Source: the human T2T-CHM13v2.0 reference genome, Homo sapiens
DNA length: 64,000 nt
Direction: 5' to 3' (one strand)
Assembly (NCBI RefSeq): GCF_009914755.1
Contig: NC_060927.1
Shown here: piece after piece, positions 41,311 to 53,480 of the stretch
Position numbering within the stretch: position 1 is the stretch's first letter
Layout of the letters: the number at the start of each line of letters is the position of its first letter
Program-made: the position numbers and the translations under genes
Notes under the pieces: generated by a model
Databases searched by the model: none
Told to the model about the DNA's origin: nothing
What the model saw: only the letters and a program-made list of their open reading frames with translations

Positions 41311-42530
41311 GAGGGGGGGGGGAGGATACAAAGTAACATGTAGGATGAACAAGTCTAGAGATCTAATATACAATATGATGACTACAGTCAATAAAATTGA
41401 ATTAGAGTTTTTTGTTAAATAAGTAGATTTTAGCTGCTCTCTTCACAAAAAAAGTAACTCTGAGATAACAGACGTTGATTTGCTTTATGTAGTAACCATC
41501 TTATTGTATATATGTATCCCATATCATACTTTAAACCTCAAATACACAAAATAAAATTTATTTTTAAAAAAATGGGAGGTGGGGGAGAAAAGCCCTTCCT
41601 TACAGAATTTCAAGTCATAAATAAGGAGTAATTAAATTAGAAAGTTACCATTTAACAATCATCACAAAAGTAACTGTTTCAGGTAAGAATCAGTAGTAGT
41701 GAATGCAAAAAAAGAATGGGTAAAAGTATAAGAAAAAACATACTACATTTTCTACAAGTATATTCCTATAAGATACTTATTGATTACAAAAGGAAAAATA
41801 GCAATTTTCCAATGGAGAAACCTGGTAGACACCACACCAACCAAGTGATCAAAGTTAATACCAAGAATGGGAGAAAGGAGCATCAGTGTCTCCTGATATA
41901 ATGCACTAAGAAGGATATAATACTACCTCTGTAGGATTCTGGCCAATATGCAAAATCTGATTCTAACCATGAAGAAATGCCACATCAGACAAACTCAAAT
42001 TAAGAAACATTCTGAAAAGCAATAGGCTGTGCTTTTCAAAAATGTCAAGGTCATGAAAGACAAAGTCTGGGGAATTGTTTGAGATTAAAGAACACTAAAA
42101 GACAGGACAACTAAACACAATGTGTGATCCTGGAATGGATCCTGGACCCAAATAAAAGACAATGGCAGCATTTCCATAAGGTCTGCAGACCAGAAATAGC
42201 TTTATATCAAGGTTAATTTCCTGGTTCAGTAATTACACTATGTTTTTCTAAGAAAATGTCTTGTTTAAATACACTAAAGGAGCAAAGAGGCATCATGTAA
42301 CTTGCTTTCAAATATTTCACTAAAAATTATATATACATTTATACACATATAACATATATGGTACACACACTCATATATAGGTGAGAGAGAGAAAATATAA
42401 TGGAAGTAAGTAAAGTATTAATATCTGGGGATCTGAGGGAGGAGGGTAGAGGGATTCTTTACATTATGCTTGCAACTTTTTTTTTTTGCAACTCTAAAAT
42501 TATTTCAGAATTAAAAGTTAAAAAAGAAAA
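40580..42530 (+). mobile_element. L1MC/MD 3' UTR region with a nested L1MA/MB 3' end (~41315-41572)
   Basis: CCAGATCTTGGTTTCTAAATACCATTCTCC, GGAGAAACCTGG..CAAGTGATCAAAGTTAA, GATCCTGGAATGGATCCTGGACC; nested TCTAGAGATCTAATATACAA..AATAAAATTTATT. Confidence 0.82.
41263..41322. repeat. Compound microsatellite (CA)21(TA)3GA(G)10
   Basis: Read directly. Confidence 0.97.
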
Positions 42531-42754
42531 GAGAGGGAGCTTGACTTAATATTGCAGCTGTACCATAAAGTGTTCTTGAACAAGTGACTTGTCTTCATTG
42601 AGGCTCGGCTCCCCCTTTGCAAAATAGAGACAACATGACTTCACAGGGTGATCGGGGTGGACAAACAAGATGGTGCTGCAAAGCTCCAACCCAAGAGCTG
42701 GCCCCTGAAGCACACAGTAAGTATAGCTTGTTTTTGGTAAATCCAAAATACAAC

Positions 42755-42773
42755 AACCCATTAGAGGGCGTTA
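42755..42773 (+). promoter_or_regulatory. Candidate CTCF binding site
   Basis: CCATTAGAGGGCGTTA (42758-42773) is close to the CTCF core CCACYAGRGGGCGCTA; CpG retained; no repeat recognised around it. Confidence 0.5.
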
Positions 42774-44099
42774 CTGTCTGAAAGCAGTTTGGGGGCACCC
42801 GAGGTGATGTGCAGGCCGCAGAGACAATGCTGTTCTAGGTCAGGAGCAGAAACACAGGCTCCTCACACATGCTTTTAAATGGGGCTTTTTACTTTCTAAA
42901 ATGTGTTTCTACACAATTGAAAACAACATTACTTTTTCCAGAGTGGGAGGATGAAAGCAATCGTGGGTGGGGGCTTCTTGAGAAGAGGGGTTATTTTTTT
43001 TACTTTTAAAAAGGTCTCAGAACAGTTAAAAATAGTTTTTCCTTAAGCAGCCTCCCTCTGCTCCCTGCTCCCACCAGCTGCTCCTTCTCTCAGCCTGCCC
43101 TTCTATTTGTCCCTTCACCATTTTCCCCTCTCTCCTTTTTGCTTCCAGTCACTCATATGCCACCCATTCCTGAGAACCCTACCTTCTCTTATTTTTTTGT
43201 TTGGCTTTGTTTTGAAAAAAATATTAATCCCAAATGAACAAAGAAGATACGTGGGAAGGAAATAAATGGTGAGCTCTTCCTTACTTCACCACCTGTCAAG
43301 TTTTAAGTTTTTCCTCCAACTCACACTAACCTCCTGCGCAACCATAAACTTCAGTGCTTGCCAAAGCCCAGAAAATTCTAAGTAAAAAGCAGAAAATGAA
43401 TGCAGGGAAGGGGGTGCATTCTTATTGTTCATGAGATCTGAAAAAAATAATGCCCAGAATGTCAAATGATATTACACTATTAAAAAGGTACAGTAAAGAT
43501 GTGCTAATGATAGATTTTTTTTCTACTCCAATATGTTGTAAATATTATAAACTATCATTTACTGTCATTACTTTAATGATGTAGAATGTTGAAAACTCAA
43601 TCTGGGTTAATTTACAAATAAGTAATTTTGAAAGGAGAAAAAAATATCTTTTCTATTTCCGTGTAATGTCCCATTACTTGACAGTCAAAATGTGGATACA
43701 GCCAAAAGAAAAATAATGAAGGTCAAGGAGGATCAAAATTTACCTGATAGAGTACCTATCTGTTAGAAATCACTTTCCTGAAATACCTTCTCTGATTTTA
43801 GAAAACTGAAAAAACAGAAAATACACTACCTTTGACAATGCTTGCGATTCAGGGTTGTGCTTGTGTATGGGGGTGGGAGAACCTCTGCTAGGATAGGAGA
43901 AAGCTGCCAGACACAAGTTCAGATTTAATAGAAATAGCTTTCAAATCAGGAGTCTAGCCATCAACCAGTTTTAGATGGACAGTCCCAGTTTCAAGTAAAT
44001 AAAATATTTGCATATTAGAGCCTCGTAGCCCTACTTAGCTGCAAGTAAATTTTCTGAGATTTACTCTGCCTTGCTTCATTTCATCCAGGCACTGATTAT

Positions 44100-44680
44100 T
44101 TTTTCATTCTTTATTCACCAAACATTTACTAAGCACTTCTTTATACAATAAATTCTGAGCAAGGTACTAAGACATGAAGAATAAAACAGGTCTGGCTGGA
44201 GACTGCACGAAATTGCCAGTCTGTCTGAGCCTGTTTGAATTCATAAAGTCCCCGAGAAAGAAGAAATAGGTGAGGATTAGCAACCCTGTAAGAGCATTTA
44301 CAAAGAAGGGAGTGCAAAAGAAGAAAATAGCACCACAGCTCAGGAGGGCAATGGTATTACTTACCAAGGGTGCAGTTTGTTTGATGACAAATCTCAAAAC
44401 TGAATGCAGTGATTGTGTTAGATGCAAACACTTGGATGAAATAGATGACTGTTCTTGCGACCTTGCCAGGAAAGAGGAGGAGTGAAAGAGAAGGCTAGAG
44501 TTCTAGTCTCCTTTCTGAGTTTTGCATTCATTGGCAACCATGTACCTCTAGACATGGGAGTGCAGGCATCTATCTCTATCAAGGTACATGACATGTAATG
44601 AAAGGAAGGGATAGAGACCAGGAAAGAGAAAGCAAAGAGAGAGAAATAGACAGGGAGATGGAATGAGGTAGACAAATCTT
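44100..44680 (-). mobile_element. L2 fragment
   Basis: TTTATTCACCAAACATTTACTAAGCAC..GACATGAAGAATAAAACAGG followed by a purine-rich L2 body. Confidence 0.65.
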
Positions 44681-44689
44681 AGAGGAATG

Positions 44690-44881
44690 CAATGCTTCTC
44701 CAAGTTTGGTGCAGGAATGTTCCCATTAGAATCACCTGAGGGGGTTATTTAAAATGCAGATTCCTGGGCTCTGACCCAGGTCTGGTGAGCCTGAATGTCT
44801 GTGGCTGGGACTCTAAGATTTGCATTTTATATACGTTTCGGGGGGTGGTTCTGCATATTAAAATTTAAGATCAGACCACTC
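44690..44881. mobile_element. MER5A (hAT-Charlie MITE)
   Basis: ATTAGAATCACCTGAGGG..AAAATGCAGATTCCTGGGC..TTTGCATTTTA..ACCACT. Confidence 0.85.
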
Positions 44882-45539
44882 CCTAAATCCAAGGGTGCTA
44901 TTTTACTGTTTACTTGACCAACAGTATAAATGGATGTCTTCAAAGCCTTGTCACCACAACCCCATGCAGCCTGATCCACTTACTTCTCTGTATCACACTC
45001 CCTCCTCTCCCACCAAGGAAAACAGAGTGATCCTGAAGTTGCTTAAAACTCAACTCAATCTACTGCTCCTCATTAGTAATAAGGTACTGTTCAAGGAACT
45101 ATTGGCTAATCATTCATATCCTGATTGAGATGCCAGCATATCCTACCCAATTATTAACTATGGATGGACTCCAACCAGGAAATCCAAAACTATATGCTGC
45201 TTACTGAATGACAATAATAAATGTAGGCTCTTATTTAATTATGCTGCGGTTTATTAACTATCCGATAATAAGAAAAACCCCTAGTTTATTATAGATGTGT
45301 GGGGTGTGTGAATATGTGTGTGTGTTTTGAGAGATATATACAGGACCCTAATCAGAGAGAGTGCCAGGAATAACAGCCATGCATGCCAGGCATCTTTTCC
45401 TGTTTCTTTTTCAGTTACTTGAATCCACCTGTGATAAACTTGCCAAAAGAAAGAGGAAGTACAATAACCACAAACGTTAAGTGATTTTTTTTTTTTGTTC
45501 TACAAACTCGATGAGTTCACTGCATTGTCTACTTATCTG

Positions 45540-47160
45540 TTTTTGTAATTTCAACTTTTATTTTTGATTTCGGGGTGCACATGTGGGTTTGTTCCACAGG
45601 TATATTGCATGATGCTCATGTTTGGGGTATGATTAATACCATCACCCAGGTAGTGAGCATAGTACCCAATAGCTCTTTTTCAATCCTTGACCCCCTCCTT
45701 CCCTCCCACTAGTCCCCAGTGTTTATGGCTGCCATTTTCATGTCCATGTGTACCATGTTTGTCTGTTTAACTCTCACTTATAAGAGAGAACATGTAGTAT
45801 TTGGTTTTCTGTTCCTGTGTTAAAGATTTGCTTAGGATAATGACCTGCAGCTGCATTCATGGTGCTGCAACAGACATGATTTCATTCTTTTTTATGGCCA
45901 TGTAGTATTCCATTGTGTATGTGTACCGTATTTCCTTTATCTAATCCACCATTGATGGGCACCTAAGTTGATTTCATGTCTTTGCTATTGTAAATAGTGC
46001 TACAATAAACATACAGGTAGATGTATCAGTTTGGTGGAACAGTTTCTTTTCTTTTGAATATATATCCAGTAATGGAATTACTGGGTTGAACAGTAGCTCT
46101 GTTTTAAGTTCACTGAAAAACCTCCCAACTGCTTTCCACAGAGGCTAAACTAATTTACATTCCCACCAACAGTGTATAAGCATCACCCTTTCTCCACGGT
46201 TTCACCAGCATCTGTGTTTTTTTGGCTTTTTATTAGTAACTATTCTGAATGGTGTGAAATGGTCTCTCACCGTGGTTTGGATTTGTATTTCTCTGATGAT
46301 TAGTGAGGTTGAACATTTTTTCATGTTTGTTTGCTGCTTGTATGTGTTGTTTTGAGAAGTGTCTGTTCATGTATTTTGTCCACTTTGTAATAGGGCTGTT
46401 TTTTGCTTGTTGAATTGTTGAAGTTCCATATAGATTCTGGGTATTAGACCTTTGTCAGATGCATAGTTTGCAAATATTTTCTCCCATCCTGTAGGTTGTC
46501 TGTTTCTCTGTTGGTAGTTTCTTTTGCTGTGCTCAAGCTCTTCGATTAGGCCCTACTTGTTAAATTGTGTTTATGTTACACTGCTTTTGAAGACTTTGTC
46601 ATAAATTATTTCCCAAGGCTGATGTCCAGAAAGACATTTCCTAACTTTTCTTCTAGGATTTTTATAGTTTAAGGTCTTACATTTAAATATTTAGTCAATT
46701 TTGAGGTAATTTTTGTATATGGTGAAAGGTAGGGGTCCAGTTTCTTTCTTGTGCATATAGTTAGCCAGCTATCCCAGCAATAACAATAGGGTGTCCTTTT
46801 TCCATTGCTTAATTTGTTGACTTTGTCAAGATCAGGCAGTTGGAGGTGTGAGGTTTTATTTCTGGGTTTTTTATTCTGTTCCATTGGTCTTTGTCTGTTT
46901 TCACGCCAGTACCATGCTGTTTTGGTTAATGTAGCCTTATAGTACAGTTTGAAGTCAGATAACATGATACCTCTGGCTGTCTTCTTTTTGCTTAGGATTG
47001 CTTTGGCTACTCGGGCTCCTTTTTGGTTCCATGTGAATAGTCTTTTCTAATTCCGTGAAAAATGACATTGGTAGTTTGATAGGAATACCACTGAACCTGT
47101 ATATTGCTTTGGGCAACATTGCCATATTAATGATACTGATTCTTCCAATCCATGAGCATA
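45540..47160 (-). mobile_element. 5'-truncated older primate L1 (L1PA13-16-like), ~1.6 kb
   Basis: 3' UTR CATCACCCAGGTAGTGAGCATAGTACCCAATAG; ORF2 remnant DFKLYYKATLTKTAWYW (ORF 46669-46965). Confidence 0.93.
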
Positions 47161-47212
47161 CTGTGCGGTCTTTGATATTGGGTCCTGACTAGGCCAAGAA
47201 GACAGAGATAGA

Positions 47213-47434
47213 CTGGTCCCTCAAACCTTTTCTCTAATGTCTGGAGAGTACATATTTTATGCTTTTCAGTATGTATGGCCTCTATTGCAACAACTCAACT
47301 CTGCCATTACAGCATTAAAGCAGTCATATATAATATATAAACAAATGGGTGTGGCTGTGTTCCAGTGAAACTTTATTTACAAAAACAAATAGTGGGCCAA
47401 ATTTAGCCTGCAGGCTCTTGTTTGCCAACCCCAG
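47213..47434. mobile_element. MER58A
   Basis: CAACAACTCAACTCTGCC..GGCTGTGTTCCAGTGAAACTTTATTTACAAAAAC..TTTGCCAACCCC. Confidence 0.88.
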
Positions 47435-49502
47435 CTCAAATCATCCTCAGACAAAATTTAGGGAGCTGCTAATAATAACAAGGCCATGCTCTGCTATAGT
47501 GCTATTAAGCTATTGTCTCAGCATCAAATTCACCCTTTGGTATTCTCTTCTGTGATAACTGGCACGTTTATGTATTGACAAGAAAGATGACCACCACATA
47601 TTAAGTGGGGAAAAAAATCACACTTTTTATAGCAATATCACTTTTTTTAACAAAATATGATCCTCTATACGTACATAAATAATGTTGTATAAGGATTCAT
47701 AAGTCTCAGAAAGGATAATACTGAAAGGTTCAGAGGGGTAACCTCTGGAAAATGGAATCAGGAGTAGGAAGAAAAGATTACTCTGATTTTTTGCTTTACA
47801 TTCTTTTGTAGTCTTTGAATTTATTTAGAGTAAGCAAATATTACCATTGTAAGTTAAAACAATAAAAAGGAATAAATCAAGGTGGAGTCTTAACAGTGCT
47901 GAAACACTTTTGTTAATCCATTTCCCCAGTTCCAACCTAAGCTTTACAGAGGTGCTATTGTCAAGCAATCACTCATTCGTTCACTCTTCACATATAATAG
48001 GCATCCACTTTGGGCCAGACCCTACGCTATGTGTGAGGAATTCATGAAGTTTAGGATCTAGGTGGAAAAACATAATTATATAAGCTAAAATTGTAATTAA
48101 AACAAATAATGTACATGAAGGAGAGATGGCATCACATTTCTTTATTAATATATTTATTGGGTATTATATCCCATTATTGCTGGAGGATAAAATCTATGCC
48201 AGGGAATATAAAAAGATGAGACAGAGAAAATGATACGAGTAAACACGCTGAGGACTTTAGACTCAGCATATAGGTGTTTGGTTCCTACCATATCATCTAC
48301 ATAATTTCCTTAAAACTGCTGTGAATATAAAATCACAACAGCTGTTTTAAAGAGACTGAAATTGAAATTCAATGAAACAAGGCATTTGTAAGTCTTCCTT
48401 GGCTTTCTACATTGATAGTGACTTTTTTTTTTCTTTTTCACACTCTTAGAATCAGGGATGGGTTAGATGTTATGATCTTGCTGTTACTTCAGGCATCTTC
48501 TGTTATCATTCTCCCTAGAGGCCAAAGGCAGAGACCATGTCTTCTCTTCTATATGTTGGAGGCACTGTCTTTTGAGTTATATGCCAAACACCTTCTCTGG
48601 AATTGGTTTGCCACTTCTAGGGACTGGCTCCCTGTCGCCATGTTTGTGTAATATGACAACAGACTTAGGCAAGTGATCCTAGCTGGGCCAGAATTCCTTC
48701 CTCACACACTCAAAACAGGAACAAAAGAGAGTGGTCTAGATTTTACAATGTATTAACTCAAGGGATGAAGAATTCCTTATAAACTAGACAGAGACAAAGA
48801 TCTTCAGAGATAAAAGACGGGTACAGACAAGCAGAGAGAAGATTACCAAGAGCAGATCATTCTGTCCAGGTGCCTCTGATTTTTTGAGGTCTAGGTTCTT
48901 CCAAAGGCCCTACTACATCCTTTGCTTGGGTTTTTTTCCATATGACATCATTCTACACTTACATTATATCTTCCCTTTTCACTGAAGCATCTATATATAA
49001 ATTAAAGCATCACTAACTCATGCATGTGTATATATTCCAAGATGTTTAATATTGCTTTCCTGACAGTAGGGATTTTTATCTGCAGTGCTTCAGAGCCAAA
49101 GCAAATTCTAATGTTATTTTTTTCCTCCGGAATGTTCTCCCAGAAAGTTTCTACCAGTTTGCTACAAGTTGAATGCCACTTGTTGTCATTTCAGAACCTC
49201 ATATACAGTATTCTTTAATAGCCAGAAACACAATTATAGGGGAGGTCAGAAGATACATCTCCAAAGTCTTCTAAGTGTTCTCTCCTGTGCCCTACAGGCC
49301 AAAATGGTTTATATATCAAATGACCTTGGACAAGTTGTTTATCTTTTGAGTTTCAGTTGTCTCATTTGTATACAGGCAATTCTGTTGGCTCTACAGTGCT
49401 GCTGGCAGGATAAGTGACAAACTCTTTGGAAAGTCCCTCACACACAGTCAGTGTCATTTAAGGTGGCTCCTCCTGTGAGATTTTGCAATTAGGCATATGA
49501 TC

Positions 49503-51898
49503 AGTCTTAGTCCATTTTTTGTTTTTGTGAAGAAATACCTGAGGTGGTATAATTTATAAAGAAAAGAGGTTTATTTGGCTCATGATTCTGATGGCTGGAA
49601 AGTTCAAGATTGGGTATCTGCATCTGGTGAGGGCCTCAGGCTTCTTCATCATCTCATGGCAGAAGGCAAATGGAAGCCATTGTATGCACAAATCACATGG
49701 TGAGAGAGGAAGCAAGAGAGAGAGTAAAAGGGTGGGGGGATGCCAGGCTCTTTTTAACAACCATCTCTTCTGGAAACTAATAGAGTGAGAACTTGCTTAA
49801 CCCAAAGGACAGGCATCGATCTATTCATGAAGGATCTGCCCTCCTGACCCAAACACCTCCCCCAGGCCCCACCTCCCATCATTGGGGATCAAGTTTCAAC
49901 ATGTGGTTTTGAGAAGACAAACATCCAAACCATAGCATTCCACTCCTGGATTCCCAAAACCCATGTACTTCTCACATGTGAAATACAACTGTTTCATCTC
50001 AATAGTCCCAAAAGTCTTAACTCATTTCAAAATCAACTCAAAAGTTTAAAGTCCAAAGTCTCATCTGTGACCCAAGGTAATTTCTTTCCAGCTATGAGCC
50101 TATAGGATCAAAAATAAGATGTTTGTTTTCAACATACAATGGTTTCATGGGCACTGGGTAAACAGTCCCATTCCAAAAGGGAGAAATTGGCCAAAAGAAA
50201 GAGAAAACAGGCCCTGTGCAAGTCTGAAACTTAGCCGGGCAGACATGATATCTTAAAGCTACAAAATAATCTTCTTTGCCTCCATGCCCTACATCCTAGG
50301 TACTGCAAGGGGTGGGCTCCTAATGCCTCAGGCAGCTCTGCCCCTATAACTTCAGTGGGTGCAGCTCAAGTAGCTGCTTTCCTTGGTTGGAGTTGAATGC
50401 CTGTGGCTTTTCCAGGTTGAGGTTACACACTGCTGCTGCTGCTGGTGGCTGTATAATTTGGGAGTCCCTTTGGTAGCTCCACTTCCATAGCTCCACTAGG
50501 AACCCTGATAGAGATTCTGTGGTGGCTGCACCTCTGTGGAAGGTCTCTGTCTATGCTTTCAGAGATCTATGAGTCATCTCTAAAATCCTCTGAAATCTAT
50601 GAGTCATCAAGCCTCCACCACCCTTGCATTCTGGGTGCCTGCAGACGTAACGTCATGCAAAAACTGACAAGGCTCATGGCTTGCACCCTCCAGAGAAGGA
50701 GCCTGAGCTATATCTGGGGCCATTTGAGCCATGGCTGGAGCCAGAGCAGCTGGGATGCAGGGAGCAACATCCAGAGGCAGCCCAGGGCAGCAATACTTTA
50801 GGCCTGTCACCTGAACCATTCTGTCCATCTACACCTCTGGGCCTATGATAGGAGGGGTGGTTGTGAAGATCTTTGAAATGCCTTAAGGGCCTTTTTCCCA
50901 TTGGCTTGACTACTAGCACCTGGCTCCATTTTAATCATGCTAATCTCTTTAGCAATTTCACTGGACTGGGCAATAGCATTGGATTCCTCTTCTGAAAATG
51001 TTTCCTTTCCCACCAAATGGCCAGGCTGCAAATTTTCCAAACTTTTACACTCTGCTTCGCTTTTAATTATAAATTACACCTTTAGATCTTTCCTTTGCTG
51101 CTTTAATTCAGCATAACCTGTTAAAAGTAGCCATGCCACTAACTGAGGTCTTTGCAGCCTAGCATTTTCATCCACCAGATACCCCACCCTCATCACTTTT
51201 AAGTTCGACCTTCCACAAAGCCCTAGGACATGGACACGATGCAGCCAAGTTATTTGCTACTATGTAACAAGGGTGACAGTTCCCAGTAAGTTTTTCATTT
51301 TCATCTGAGACCTTGTCAGCATGGATTTTACAGTCTATATTTCTATCAGCATTTTGGTCACAACCACTTAGCCATTCTCTAAGAAGTTCAACACTTTCCC
51401 TTGTCTTTTTTTCTTCTTCTGAGACCTCCAAACTCTTCCAACTGCTGCCCATTACCCCCAACCACTGGGTACTAATTTTCTGTCTTAGTTCATTTTGTAT
51501 CGCTACAAAGGTGTCACTGAGGCTGTGTAATTTATAAATAAAAGGATTTATGTGGATCACAATTCTAATGGCTAAAAAATTCAAGATTGAATATCTGCAT
51601 CTGCTGAGGGCCCCTGGCTGCTTACACTCATGGTGGAAGATGAAAGGGAGCTTATGAGCTTATGTATGGAGAGATCACATGACAGAGAGGAAGCAAGATG
51701 TCAACAAGGTGCTAGTCTCTTTTCAACAATTAGTTCCCTTGGGAATTAACAGATGGAGAACTCATCCCCCAAAGGCAGGCATTAATCTATTCATGACGGA
51801 TCTGCCTTCATGATCCGAACACCTCCCACCAGGCCCCACCTCCAATACTGGGGATCAAATTTCAACATGTGCCTTGACAGGGACAAACAAATCAAGCA
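49503..51898 (-). mobile_element. Complete MaLR provirus (MSTB/MSTB1): 3' LTR 49503-49937, MST-int 49938-51480, 5' LTR 51481-51898
   Basis: Two homologous LTRs in the same orientation; internal MaLR ORF remnants (e.g. WKSLEVSEEEKKTRESVELLREWLSGCDQNAD); 5-bp TSD TGATC (49498-49502 / 51899-51903). Confidence 0.95.
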
Positions 51899-51914
51899 TG
51901 ATCCTTAGAAACAC

Positions 51915-52050
51915 CACATGGTAGAGTGGAAAGAGTATTTAAATGTTAGTCAGGAGACCTCTATTCTAGTTCCCTGTTCTCACTAACTAGTTGCACGGCC
52001 ATGCTGCTTACTTCTTTCCAAGAAACCTGTACCTTCATGCATAAAGTGCT
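51915..52050 (+). mobile_element. MIR
   Basis: GGTAGAGTGGAAAGAG..AGTCAGGAGACCT..TTCTAGTTCC..CACTAACTAG. Confidence 0.65.
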
Positions 52051-52089
52051 ATTCCCTATGCCCGAGTATCATCCTACATCATCATGTCA

Positions 52090-53075
52090 TGGAAACCCCA
52101 ACTCTAATTCATGATTCATCTTGAGTCCTGACTTCTTCAGCAAGGTCTCCTCAGTTTCCACAATCAGAGGAGAACATTCCTTTTTTTGCATAAATAAACA
52201 CTGTACTTGGATCTCTCTTATGGGAGTTATTAGGCTCAACCCTACTTTATAGATCTAGCACTACTCAATTCCTTCTTATTTACTTTCTAAAGACAATTCA
52301 TCTTCCAAAGTTATAGAAAAACAAAGTTTAGCATTTGCTGCATATGTCCAACAAACATAATTAATTGGTAAGAAACTTGGCAGGTAATTAGTACTAGGCA
52401 TACCATTTGCTTTTTTATGCCCAGAACCTAGAAAAGTGCCTGACACATGGTAGGTACTCAATAAATATTTATTAAATGAAAAAATACCCAGACTTGGTTA
52501 GGAAAGACTATGTAAGGCAACAATTTCAAGGGTATATGCTTTTAGGCCAATTCAGTTTGCCAAAATCTAGCCCTTGATGTTAAAAGGAAGCTGGGGCTTA
52601 CAGAAATGGAGGACCCCAACGCTGATGGCAAGGGCAGAAATCATCATTTATGAGACATAGTCTCTTGTTTGGTGGGGAATGTTTGACAGCTAGCTGCATA
52701 ATTCCACACGGTTCCACAGGAGATGATTTTGGATGTGGAGGGAACACTCCAAGCACACTTCTTATGAAGACCTATAATCAGAGGTCTTAACAAACACAAG
52801 TGATTAATATTTGTTGACTTCATGACACATTTATTTTCTTTAGAGCACTTACCACAGCTTACTCTAACTTTATTAAACTTTTTAGTATATTTTTGGGTTT
52901 TTTTTGTTGTTCGTGGTATCCTCAATAAACTATGAGTTCTGTGGGGGAAGGAACCATGATTCCCTGCCCATTGTTGTACATCCACTACACAGCACAGAGT
53001 AGATGAAGCTCAACAAATGTTGGATGAATAAATATGCATATAGTATGATGGATGGATGGTTGAGTGGATAAATGG
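52090..53075 (+). mobile_element. Two L2 3'-end fragments (~52090-52480 and ~52790-53075)
   Basis: GTGCCTGACACATGGTAGGTACTCAATAAATATTT and GCTCAACAAATGTTGGATGAAT termini. Confidence 0.7.
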
Positions 53076-53198
53076 ACGGAAAGAGGCCAGCTAGTCACCC
53101 ATACAAGCTTCTGGGTTATGAACCTAAATAATAACACAAGTTCAACAGCAACAAAAATAATCCCATTCCATTATAGGCTGGATGAAAGGCTTACCCAC

Positions 53199-53480
53199 TG
53201 TCTTACACCATTAGCGCTGCTCTAACAAAATACCTGACAATGGGTGATTTATAAAGAACAGAAAATTATTTCTCACAGATCTGGGAAATCCAAGATCAAG
53301 GTCCTAGCATCTTGTTTCTGGTGAGGGTAGTCTTCTGCTTCCAAAATGGTAACTTGTTGGCAGCTCCTTCGGAGGAAACAAGTGATCACCTCCCAATGGC
53401 AACATCTCGTAATATTGTTGAATTGGGGATTAAGTTTTAACATGCAATTTGGAGGAGACACAAATATTCAAACCATAGAA
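53199..53480 (-). mobile_element. MSTC/D-type solo LTR, internally deleted
   Basis: TGTCTTA..GCTGCTCTAACAAAATACC...GGAGGAGACACAAATATTCAAACCATAG. Confidence 0.85.

Noticed and set aside
50553-51584. Cluster of overlapping ORFs
   Set aside because: Fragmented MaLR internal ORF remnants of the MST provirus
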